Positions 1-7,680 of a stretch of DNA of 27,290 nt are shown here, piece after piece. A program made the translations under genes and the position numbers. The notes beneath the pieces were generated by a model that worked only from the letters and a program-made list of their open reading frames with translations, made no database searches and had not been told where the DNA came from. The DNA is taken from NCBI GenBank assembly GCA_029861825.1, contig JAOTYN010000001.1, positions 1 through 27,290 of the forward strand. Direction: 5' to 3'. The stretch comes from Cyclobacteriaceae bacterium. Its GTDB lineage: Bacteria; Bacteroidota; Bacteroidia; Cytophagales; Cyclobacteriaceae. Numbering within the stretch: position 1 is the first letter of the stretch; each line of letters opens with the position of its first letter.

Positions 1-195
1 GCATCCAGGCTCCAACATAAGCGTCCTGATAGTGATGCTGATTACGAGGTTTATAAAAAGATCAAATCTGAGTTTCAAACTTTGGGTAAAATGCATCTTG
101 AGCTCAGGACAGACCAGCTCACCTTGACGGAGATGATAGAGCTAGGTATAGATTTTATCAAAGCTGTAAATTATGAAGGAACATCAGATACTTGA
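1..195 (+). CDS. 3' end of AAA_33/gluconate-kinase-like P-loop kinase (partial, runs off the left edge; absent from the ORF track)
   Basis: Frame 1 is open from base 1 to TGA at 193-195 and reads ASRLQHKRPDSDADYEVYKKIKSEFQTLGKMHLELRTDQLTLTEMIELGIDFIKAVNYEGTSDT*. RL..R..SDAD..VY is the lid motif typical of AAA_33-type kinases. Overlaps the next start (173) by 23 nt. Walker A lies outside the window. Confidence 0.7.
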   Translation, partial: ASRLQHKRPDSDADYEVYKKIKSEFQTLGKMHLELRTDQLTLTEMIELGIDFIKAVNYEGTSDT

Positions 196-1252
196 ATTAG
201 TTGAAAGGGGACATCTTCCGCATGATCAGCACTGTCAGCTTGTAAAGCAGACCCATATCTCTTGGGTGCTGCTGTGCGAGGAGTACGCCTACAAGATCAA
301 AAAACCCCTCAAGCTCAGTTTCCTGGACTTCTCAACCTTAGAAAAAAGAAAGTACTTCTGCGAGCAGGAGTTAGTGTTGAACCAGAGGCTTACCACAGAT
401 GTATATCTGGAGGTTTTACCCATTAGCAGGGAAAACGACATTTACTATCTGGGTTTGGAAAAGGGTTCTATCGTAGATTATGCAGTGGCTATGCGCCGTC
501 TGGACAACTCACGGGAAATGGAAAGGCTGCTAGTTGATTCCAGTGTTACTAACCAGGATATTAAAAATATTGCCGGTCAACTGGTAAAGTTCCACCAAAG
601 TACAGAAGTGGTTAAGGATAAAGTCACTCCTCAGATGCTCATTGATGATTTCAATGACATTCAACAAGTGCAACCGTGGATTGAGGCAAAGTTGGGTACT
701 GCCGCTGCCAAAAAATTGAATGAATCCGTTTCATTTGTTGAACAGTTCATTCAGGAAAACATCCACTTAATCAACCAGCGGGATCAGGAAGGTTTTACCC
801 GTGATTGCCATGGAGACCTGCATTCCGGCAATATATTTCTGCTAAGGGAACCGGTAATATTTGATTGCATTGAATTTGATCCGCACTTGAGACAGATCGA
901 TATACTTTGTGAATTAGCTTTCTTTTGCATGGATTTGGAGTTTTCCGGGCGTCAGGACCTGAGTGACTATTTTATAACTATTTACAATAGCCGGTTCCCG
1001 GTAATCCGCAATCAGGCAGAGGAGCGGTTATTTCTTTACTATAAGCTTTACCGGGCCAATGTCAAGGTGAAAATTAATGCTATTAAGACTAGCCAGGCGC
1101 GAAAACCACATATCGCAGCCTCTCGCCAGCAGTTGTGCAAACAATATTTTGAACTATTTTTAAGCTATTCCCAAACCTTAAGACGATCCAACTCTTCCAC
1201 ACACAAAGGTCCGCCGAACCTGGAACAGAGCAAAGGATTACCTATTCTTTAA
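173..1252 (+). CDS. Aminoglycoside-phosphotransferase-like kinase (COG2187/Rv2004c N-terminal-domain type), substrate unknown
   Basis: THISWVLL..AYKIKKP..LSFLDFSTLEKRKYFCEQELVLNQRL N-lobe; Brenner-type HGDLHSGNI; metal-binding FDCIEFD; ELAFFCMDLE. Confidence 0.85.
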   Translation: MKEHQILELVERGHLPHDQHCQLVKQTHISWVLLCEEYAYKIKKPLKLSFLDFSTLEKRKYFCEQELVLNQRLTTDVYLEVLPISRENDIYYLGLEKGSIVDYAVAMRRLDNSREMERLLVDSSVTNQDIKNIAGQLVKFHQSTEVVKDKVTPQMLIDDFNDIQQVQPWIEAKLGTAAAKKLNESVSFVEQFIQENIHLINQRDQEGFTRDCHGDLHSGNIFLLREPVIFDCIEFDPHLRQIDILCELAFFCMDLEFSGRQDLSDYFITIYNSRFPVIRNQAEERLFLYYKLYRANVKVKINAIKTSQARKPHIAASRQQLCKQYFELFLSYSQTLRRSNSSTHKGPPNLEQSKGLPIL

Positions 1253-1312
1253 TCTTTTTAATGGTTCCCCCCCGAAAATTTAATATTTTGTTTAACCAAG
1301 AAACAAGCTCCA

Positions 1313-3214
1313 ATGCTCATGAGAACGTTATTAGCCATATTTATTCCCTTAGTAGTGTGCTTCACAGGTCTCTCTTCGGTCCAAGCCCAGGAAATCCTGG
1401 AAAAACTGCAGGGGATCGCCATCATAGACCAAAAAGTGATGATGCCCATGAGAGATGGAGTGAGGCTGGCCACCGATATTTACCGACCTAAAACCAATGA
1501 CCCAGTACCTGTTATCTTCTCACGTACTCCTTACAATTTCAATTCCTGGGGTGATGGCGAAGTGCGTACCCGCACTTATGAGCGCGCTTATGAGGCCGTT
1601 AATAGAGGATATGCCTATGTAGTACAGAATGAAAGAGGGCGGTTTTTCTCAGAAGGTGAGTGGGATATTTTAGGGACGCCACTAACCGATGGGTATGATG
1701 CTTTATCTTGGATGTCGGAACAGTCCTGGAGCAACGGAAAGATCGGTACCTTGGGCTGCTCTTCCACCGCTGAATGGCAAATGGCGGTAGCCGCCCTGGA
1801 TCATCCGGCACATACCGCCATGGTCCCTCAGGGTTATGGAGCTGGCGTAGGCAGGGTAGGGGACTACTTTGAACAGGGAAATTGGTACCGGGGTGGCGTG
1901 GAACAGATGCTGTTCATATCCTGGTTGTACCGCACCCAGCATGACGAACTAAAGCCTAAACTACCCGAAGGAATCTCCCAGCAAGACCTCCAACGTCTGC
2001 AGCGATTCTATGATATGGCCCCTGAATACCCCGATGTTGACTGGTCGGAGGCCTTTTACCACCTGCCCCTGCAGGATATCATCAAATCACACCAGGGACC
2101 TTTGGGGGTCTATGAGAAAATGGTGCGTCGCAAACCTAATGACCCTGCCTGGTATCAAGGAGGATTGTATCACGACGACATGGGTTTTGGGGTGCCAAGT
2201 TTCTGGTTTGTGTCTTGGTATGATGTATCGACCAGTCCTAACTTGGCCCTGTTCAATCATGTGCGCAACAACATCCAAGACCGGGAGGTAGCGGATAACC
2301 AATACCTGGTGATTGCCCCAACCCTGCATTGTCGGTTTACCCGGGCTACCGAAAACACCATTGTAGGAGAGCGGGATCTTGGTGATGCCCGACTAAATTA
2401 TGACGAAATAGTCTATGGCTGGTTCGACTACTGGCTCAAGGGAGAAAAAAATGGCATCCTGGATATGCCCAGGGTGCAATACTATACCATGGGCAGCAAT
2501 AAATGGCAAACTTCCGATACCTGGCCGCCCCGTCAGGCCCAAATGACCACGCTTTATCTGGACAGTGAGGGCCATGCCAATAGCTTGTATGGCGATGGTA
2601 AATTGAACTTGGGGTTGCCTTCAGACAATCAGTCCGACTCATTCACCTATGATCCTCTAAATCCGGTTCCCTCACATGGTGGCAATGTCTGCTGTACCGG
2701 CAATGCCATTGAAGGCGGTGCTTTTGATCAGCGACAGCTGGAATCCCGCAACGACATCCTGGTGTATACTTCAGATCCGCTGGAGGAAGGAGTGGAAGTT
2801 AGCGGATTCATTGAAACCACTTTATTTGTTTCTTCAGATGTTAAGGACACCGATTTCACCATAAAATTAATTGATGTATATCCAGATGGCCGTGCGTTCA
2901 ATTTAGACGAGACCATCCAAAGGGTCCGCTACCGTGAAGGGTACGATAAGGAAGTTTTTATGGAGTCGGGGAAAGTATATGAAGTGAAACTGACCCCTAT
3001 GTCCACCAGTAATTTCTTTAAAAAGGGGCATCGTTTACGTATTGAGATCTCCAGCAGCAATTTCCCGCGTTTTGCCCGAAATCTAAATACCGGGGGGAAC
3101 AATTATGACGAGACTGAGGCCAAAGTGGCTCACAATGTCATTCATCACGGTAAGGATTTTCCTTCTCAGATCCGGCTGCCATTGATGAAGCAGCTAAAAA
3201 TTCATACGAAATAA
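1313..3214 (+). CDS. Secreted CocE/NonD (S15/X-Pro dipeptidyl-peptidase-like) alpha/beta hydrolase
   Basis: Signal peptide ending SVQA|QE; [14 protein letters not shown]; oxyanion RTPY; [11 protein letters not shown]; nucleophile elbow GCSSTA; SWYD (Asp); PTLH (His); C-terminal jelly-roll with [19 protein letters not shown]. The start could be 1319. Confidence 0.92.
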   Translation: MLMRTLLAIFIPLVVCFTGLSSVQAQEILEKLQGIAIIDQKVMMPMRDGVRLATDIYRPKTNDPVPVIFSRTPYNFNSWGDGEVRTRTYERAYEAVNRGYAYVVQNERGRFFSEGEWDILGTPLTDGYDALSWMSEQSWSNGKIGTLGCSSTAEWQMAVAALDHPAHTAMVPQGYGAGVGRVGDYFEQGNWYRGGVEQMLFISWLYRTQHDELKPKLPEGISQQDLQRLQRFYDMAPEYPDVDWSEAFYHLPLQDIIKSHQGPLGVYEKMVRRKPNDPAWYQGGLYHDDMGFGVPSFWFVSWYDVSTSPNLALFNHVRNNIQDREVADNQYLVIAPTLHCRFTRATENTIVGERDLGDARLNYDEIVYGWFDYWLKGEKNGILDMPRVQYYTMGSNKWQTSDTWPPRQAQMTTLYLDSEGHANSLYGDGKLNLGLPSDNQSDSFTYDPLNPVPSHGGNVCCTGNAIEGGAFDQRQLESRNDILVYTSDPLEEGVEVSGFIETTLFVSSDVKDTDFTIKLIDVYPDGRAFNLDETIQRVRYREGYDKEVFMESGKVYEVKLTPMSTSNFFKKGHRLRIEISSSNFPRFARNLNTGGNNYDETEAKVAHNVIHHGKDFPSQIRLPLMKQLKIHTK

Positions 3215-3293
3215 GGGGATTGTAGTTCAGCAGATCTTAACTGATCAACAGCGAAATATGGTATGGGATAACCATGTGCAAGGGCTAAATTAA

Positions 3294-3324
3294 TCCCTCA
3301 AGAATAGTTCCTATCCTTGAGGGA
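3294..3324. terminator. Hairpin between convergent genes, probable intrinsic terminator (best fit for the minus-strand transcript)
   Basis: TCCCTCAAG-A-ATAG-TTC-CTAT-C-CTTGAGGGA gives 9+4 bp of stem; on the minus strand it is followed by TTAATTT. Confidence 0.6.
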
Positions 3325-3366
3325 CACATGAATCAGAAGTATTAAATTAAACTGTAATAAAAGCCT

Positions 3367-3681
3367 TTAACTAATTTTTATGTAGGCTCCAGGAGCTGTT
3401 AAAAGTATTTCTAACGGTTTCAAAGGCCCAATGGGAACTAGTTCGAAGTCCAACAACTTTTCTTTTACCAATGGAAGCTCATTGATTACCCTTTGTGCTT
3501 CATCAAGCGAATCACTTTCCATAATAAATACTACTCCTGGACGATCTTTTCTAAAGAAGAAAGTCCGTATCTTTTCATCCAGGTACAACTGAATAGTATG
3601 GGCCAATTCCTTTGGTAAATGGTGCCGCATCTTCTCTTCGGTGGTACCCTTGGTTAATTTGTCAATTGCTAGGATTTGCAT
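3367..3681 (-). CDS. Muconolactone delta-isomerase-like small ferredoxin-fold protein
   Basis: From the ATG at 3681: MQILAIDKL...KELAHTIQLYLDEKIRTFFFRKDRPGVVFIMESDSLDEAQRVINELPLVKEKLLDFELVPIGPL. The pattern (E..a..L...G.i...f......G.v.i.e..s..ea...l..LP......fe..P) fits the MIase-like family. The ORF-track start at 3738 lies deep inside the upstream gene, so 3681 is preferred (20-nt overlap). Confidence 0.65.
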   Translation of the reverse strand: MQILAIDKLTKGTTEEKMRHHLPKELAHTIQLYLDEKIRTFFFRKDRPGVVFIMESDSLDEAQRVINELPLVKEKLLDFELVPIGPLKPLEILLTAPGAYIKIS

Positions 3682-4750
3682 GATAATTAAATTTATAAGG
3701 TTCGACATTTGACATTTGATGTGTAGCCAGCCATTCAAGAGACTGACTGGATAATCGTGTTTTGCTAAAATTTGGGAAACCTTGTTCCTTTTCGAATTTT
3801 TCCATGTTCCAATTCGCAGTAAATAGCACTTTTATCATAAACAGCAGGGCTTTTAACTTATTCGCCAGTGTTTGTTGAGCTATAGGCCGACTAGTAAGAT
3901 ATCGACGGGTAATGGTTTCGAAGTCATCTGCTTCTTTTCCCACAATGTCTTTTACCACATTGGTGGGTGCATTAATTTTCCAGGTACCTGCGTGCCCTTC
4001 TTCCATATAGTACCGAACCTGAGAAATATCCATTTGTGGATATCCGGAAGCCCTTAATACTTTATTTATCATCTTTTGTGACATGTCGGTCACTTTAACT
4101 TTCCTGCCAATTACCTTGCTTATCACCTGAGCCATTTGCTTTGCGTTAAGCAACTCTTTACCGGTAACTCGATAAGTTTTACCTTCATGGGCATCAGGAT
4201 CTTTTAGAATATGGGCTGCTACCAGCCCGATATCTTCGTTGGACGGGGGTGCATTGGTCCCAAAATCAGGGAGCATTCCAAACTGAGCTAAGGGCTCTGG
4301 TGTCAAGAAATAAATAAATCCGAACAACCCAGGATTCAAAAAGGTGATGCTTGTATTGGACAAGCGTTTAAATGCCTGATCCACCAACCAATGCTCTTTT
4401 GTGTAAACAGATGGGTGGATATTGGAACTAAGCCATTGCGTGAGGACCACTATATGTCTGGTTCCTAACTCATCCACAGCAGTGGCAAATGTTTCACCTT
4501 GAAACAAAACATTGGGGTAAGTAGGCACAAAATAGGCTCTTTCGATGCCATAAAGGGCTTTCCGAACATCGCTAATGTTCTCAATATTTCCCACAAAAAG
4601 TTCAGCGCCGGATTTTTTCAGTTGCTTCGCTTTCGCACTGTTTGGGTTTCTCACAAAGGCCCTGACGGGGAATCCTAGTGTTAAAAGTTCCATGGCCGCG
4701 GGAAATCCGGTGTTGCCGTTAGCTGCGGTAATTAAAATTTTAGGTTTCAT
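3662..4750 (-). CDS. NmrA-family NAD(P)-binding protein (atypical SDR)
   Basis: N-terminal Rossmann ILITAANGNTG, VRAFVRNP, PSNEDIGLVAAHIL, HEGKTYRVTGKELL; about 60-aa C-terminal extension. Confidence 0.88.
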   Translation of the reverse strand: MKPKILITAANGNTGFPAAMELLTLGFPVRAFVRNPNSAKAKQLKKSGAELFVGNIENISDVRKALYGIERAYFVPTYPNVLFQGETFATAVDELGTRHIVVLTQWLSSNIHPSVYTKEHWLVDQAFKRLSNTSITFLNPGLFGFIYFLTPEPLAQFGMLPDFGTNAPPSNEDIGLVAAHILKDPDAHEGKTYRVTGKELLNAKQMAQVISKVIGRKVKVTDMSQKMINKVLRASGYPQMDISQVRYYMEEGHAGTWKINAPTNVVKDIVGKEADDFETITRRYLTSRPIAQQTLANKLKALLFMIKVLFTANWNMEKFEKEQGFPNFSKTRLSSQSLEWLATHQMSNVEPYKFNYHANPSN

Positions 4751-4779
4751 AATTGATAATCTTTTCAGTTGGTTTAATA

Positions 4780-4794
4780 AATTAGACTGTTCTA
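4780..4794. promoter_or_regulatory. Putative TetR operator upstream of the NmrA gene
   Basis: AATTAGACTGTTCTA contains the palindrome TAGA-CTGT-TCTA; 13/14 identical to 5405-5418. Confidence 0.65.
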
Positions 4795-4812
4795 CTTATT
4801 TTATAATAAAAT

Positions 4813-5397
4813 TTAAGATCGTAAGAAATTAAAGCCCATATTATCCAAAAGCTGAAAAGCCTTGGTACTCTTAGTGGCCTTTGATCTGGATAATACACCG
4901 TAATAAGTGAGGTGTAAAAACTCCGCCAATTCCAATGCAGAAACATCCGACCTAATTTCACCTTTTTGCTGTCCTTCTTCGATGGTTTCTGCCAGTATTT
5001 CTATCAGGCTTATAAACTCCTCATTGGCAATTGAAACCAATGATTCATCTTCCGCCGCGGCCTCAATGGATATGTTATTCAGTAGGCAACCACTTTGATA
5101 TCGTTCTTCTACACTTACACTTTCCAATGCTTGGTAAACATGTTTCAATCTCTCTAAGGGGGATAATTCGGAAGTAGCTTTCATACCCTCCTGCAATTTT
5201 TTTCGCATATCTTTACCATAGTGTTTGATAGCTCTCAATGCGAAATCCTCTTTGGATTTGAAGAAATTATAAAAGGAGCCTTTCGGTAGATTACTAGCTT
5301 CCAGAATCTCAGTAATGCCGGTATTGTAATACCCATTCTTCCGGATCAATCCAGCTCCTTTTTCTACGATGTCCTCTATATTATGTTTATACCCCAT
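4813..5397 (-). CDS. TetR/AcrR-family regulator (NemR/LmrA-like, TetR_C_13-type C-domain)
   Basis: HTH GYYNTGITEILEASNLPKGSFYNFFKSKEDF; conserved GCLLNN motif in the ligand-binding domain. Confidence 0.93.
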   Translation of the reverse strand: MGYKHNIEDIVEKGAGLIRKNGYYNTGITEILEASNLPKGSFYNFFKSKEDFALRAIKHYGKDMRKKLQEGMKATSELSPLERLKHVYQALESVSVEERYQSGCLLNNISIEAAAEDESLVSIANEEFISLIEILAETIEEGQQKGEIRSDVSALELAEFLHLTYYGVLSRSKATKSTKAFQLLDNMGFNFLRS

Positions 5398-5404
5398 TTA
5401 GACT

Positions 5405-5420
5405 AATTAGACTGGTCTGA
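5405..5420. promoter_or_regulatory. Putative TetR autoregulatory operator just upstream of the tetR ATG
   Basis: AATTAGACTGGTCTGA has core AGAC-TG-GTCT; an extra TTAGACT half-site lies at 5398-5404. Confidence 0.65.
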
Positions 5421-5693
5421 TTATTTATACGCTATTTGTAAAAGAAGGTTACTTCATTAAAAGAATATTTACATAAAAACGCTTTTCCTGAGTCAACTGA
5501 AAGAGGTTTTGTGGGTTCCTCACTTAGGTTTAGAACTTGTAAGCAGTTTGAACCACCTCAATGGCCCTTATTGATTAATGCCATAGGCGCAAAACTCCCA
5601 TCAAATTTGAAATTCGTGATCGAGACTATCTTCTCAGATCCGGCTGCCTTTGATGAAACCACTGAGGATCAGAACCAGATAGGCTGGGGACCA

Positions 5694-6128
5694 TTACTTA
5701 AATGTAACAATAGACTTTCCCTGATTGACATCATGACATAGCTGAGAAAGCGTTTTCTCACTTAGCAATTTGTGGATTTTCTCCTTTACTACCTTGTAAT
5801 CAAAATGAATGGGACAGGGCGTTTTATCCGAACATTGCTTTAATCCTATTCCACAGCGGTCAAAAATGTCCAAACCATCGATTATCTCTACTATGGTAAT
5901 GAGTCTTAGCTCTTCGGGAGGAATGTTCAAGGAGAATCCTCCATGTGGGCCTTTTGTAGAAATTAAAACTTTTTGTTTTACCAGTTGCTGCAAAATTTTG
6001 CTGAGAAAATGCAGGGGCACTTGCTGGGATTCCGATATTTCCTTCAATCCTACGGCCTTGTTTTCCTCACCGTGTAGGGTAATGTAAAGAATGGACTGTA
6101 ACGCGTATTCGCATGATCTGGAGAACAT
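5694..6128 (-). CDS. Rrf2-family transcriptional regulator with Fe-S ligand motif
   Basis: MFSRSCEYAL; wHTH VPLHFLSKILQQLVK..STKGPHGGF; C-x6-C-x5-C-x2-H (RCGIGLKQCSDKTPCPIH, 5805-5855). Confidence 0.95.
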   Translation of the reverse strand: MFSRSCEYALQSILYITLHGEENKAVGLKEISESQQVPLHFLSKILQQLVKQKVLISTKGPHGGFSLNIPPEELRLITIVEIIDGLDIFDRCGIGLKQCSDKTPCPIHFDYKVVKEKIHKLLSEKTLSQLCHDVNQGKSIVTFK

Positions 6129-6174
6129 ATCACCTAAATTAACTTTTTTATCAGATTATATAAGTATCCGGGTT

Positions 6175-6194
6175 ATTGTGGGAGTTCTCACAAT
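6175..6194. promoter_or_regulatory. CRP/FNR-family-type palindrome in the Rrf2/ACAD divergent region
   Basis: ATTGTGGGAGTTCTCACAAT = AT-TGTGG-N6-TCACA-AT, one mismatch from TGTGA-N6-TCACA; 8 of 9 arm positions are complementary. Confidence 0.5.
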
Positions 6195-6325
6195 CGATCT
6201 CTTCCGTAGCGTCCCATACCTGGAATCTTAAATATTCAGCTTGGAGAACTGTTGACAATAAAACACCAAATATTACATATTATAGATTTTTAGACCTTTT
6301 TATCCAATTTAATCAAAAAATTATC

Positions 6326-6332
6326 TAATTTG
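6326..6332 (+). promoter_or_regulatory. Possible Bacteroidota -7 element for the ACAD operon
   Basis: TAATTTG followed by CG, 65 nt upstream of the ATG at 6398; one nt shorter than canonical TAnnTTTG. Confidence 0.35.
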
Positions 6333-6397
6333 CGACCGGTTCGAACATAAAATAGGTTGGGAACAGGCGAACTGAAGCCTAACAAAACTGAAGAAAA

Positions 6398-7636
6398 ATG
6401 GAACAAGCATTACAAAATGGGCAAATGACTGCCACAGAAGAAAAGGATCTCATTGCTCTATGTGGGGATCTATCAAAAAGATTTGCGGAGCGGGCGGCTG
6501 ATTACGACCGACAAGCTACCTGGCCCATTAAAGACTATGAAGATCTGAAAAAAGCCGGACTTTTAGGTATCATGGTACCCAAAGAAAAAGGAGGCTTAGG
6601 AGCTAGTTTTTTAACCTATACCAAGGCTCAGGAACAGCTTTCAAGTGGTGCCGCTTCTACCGGGCTTACTTTCAATATGCATAATATCACCGCCGGCATT
6701 CTCTCCGAAAGCAAAACCGAAGACATCGGAGGAACCCGCGGAAAGGCTATGAATGATTTCAGGGACTGGGCTCTGAATGAGATTGTCAACGGCCACAAAA
6801 TGTTTGCATCGGCTAACTCAGAACCTGGTATTGGCGCTCATTTCAGCGCGTTAAAAACCACCTATCGTAAAGTGGATGGAGGATACGTCATCAACGGGTA
6901 TAAGATGTTTGTCTCTATGTTGGGCTACGCCGATTATTATGTAGTGGCAGCTCGTAGAGAGCAGTCTTCCGGGGACCTGCCTGAGATTTCATTTTTTATC
7001 GTGGAACTGGACAACCCGGGAATAGAAGTAGAAGAGGTTTGGGACACTATGGGTATGCGGGCTACGGTGTCCAATAACATGAAACTCAAGGATTGTTTCG
7101 TTTCCCAGGATCGACTGTTTTTAGGTACCGAAGGACTAGGTATTTATAAGCTTACTCGGGAGCCTCATTGGGTCATAGGCGGTTATGTGGGGACCTATTT
7201 GGGTCTTTGTCAAGCTACTTTCGACTATATGATCAGCCACTTGCAGAAGAAAAAGATACCGGGTAGTGATCAGTCGGTTATTAATCGGGATTGGGTGCAG
7301 CGGGATGTTGGTAAACTTGCGGTGCAATTAGAAGCAACCCGCGAATTGGTATATAAAGCGGCCCGCCTGGTTGACGAGCAACGAGGAACACCACAAACCA
7401 ATGCTGCTATTCATCATTCCAAATATATGGTGAGTGAATTTGCCCCCAAGCTAGCCTCCGACGCCATACGGCTTTGCGGGGGCAGCGGAATTGCCAGGGC
7501 CTTGCCTTTGGAACGCTTTTACCGGGATGCCCGATGTGCCGGCCTGATGCCTGCCACCAGCGATGAATGTCTGCTGTACGCAGGCAAATCGGCCCTGGGG
7601 TTTGATCTCACCCATATCGAAGAGACCTACTGGTAG
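6398..7636 (+). CDS. ACAD-fold flavoprotein lacking the catalytic Glu (possible flavin monooxygenase or non-catalytic subunit)
   Basis: GLLGIMVPKEKGGLG, SEPG, YVINGYKMFVS, WDTMGMRAT, RLCGGSG, PLERFYRDAR. Val (7172-7174) occupies the IVD/LCAD Glu position and Pro occupies the MCAD Glu position (LMPAT). Confidence 0.9.
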   Translation: MEQALQNGQMTATEEKDLIALCGDLSKRFAERAADYDRQATWPIKDYEDLKKAGLLGIMVPKEKGGLGASFLTYTKAQEQLSSGAASTGLTFNMHNITAGILSESKTEDIGGTRGKAMNDFRDWALNEIVNGHKMFASANSEPGIGAHFSALKTTYRKVDGGYVINGYKMFVSMLGYADYYVVAARREQSSGDLPEISFFIVELDNPGIEVEEVWDTMGMRATVSNNMKLKDCFVSQDRLFLGTEGLGIYKLTREPHWVIGGYVGTYLGLCQATFDYMISHLQKKKIPGSDQSVINRDWVQRDVGKLAVQLEATRELVYKAARLVDEQRGTPQTNAAIHHSKYMVSEFAPKLASDAIRLCGGSGIARALPLERFYRDARCAGLMPATSDECLLYAGKSALGFDLTHIEETYW

Positions 7637-7680
7637 TCGTTGAGAAGCACTCGATTGATCACAATTTAAATACTGTTTAT

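Noticed and set aside
173-1252. Aminoglycoside resistance gene
   Set aside because: The APH-like fold is COG2187-type with no evidence for an antibiotic substrate and no mobile context.
1267-1273. C7 homopolymer upstream of CocE as a phase-variable promoter tract
   Set aside because: Only 7 bp, and the flanking promoter elements are not well defined; no evidence of slippage.
3216-3300. tRNA-like start GGGATTGTAGTTCA with a possible acceptor partner TAATCCC
   Set aside because: No D-loop GG, no TTC-containing T-arm before the 3' strand and no anticodon arm at the right spacing; not a tRNA.
5511-5741. 76-aa plus-strand ORF between tetR and Rrf2
   Set aside because: No recognisable motif, overlaps the Rrf2 3' end in antisense; the other frames in 5421-5693 are also stop-rich and unrecognisable.
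5694-6128. Naming the Rrf2 gene iscR or nsrR
   Set aside because: Cys spacing (C-x6-C-x5-C) and neighbourhood (no isc/suf or hmp/hcp genes) do not identify a specific orthologue.
7648-7665. Second CRP/FNR site between the ACAD genes (TTGATCACAAT)
   Set aside because: Only one half-site matches; the partner half (CACTC or ATTTA) does not.
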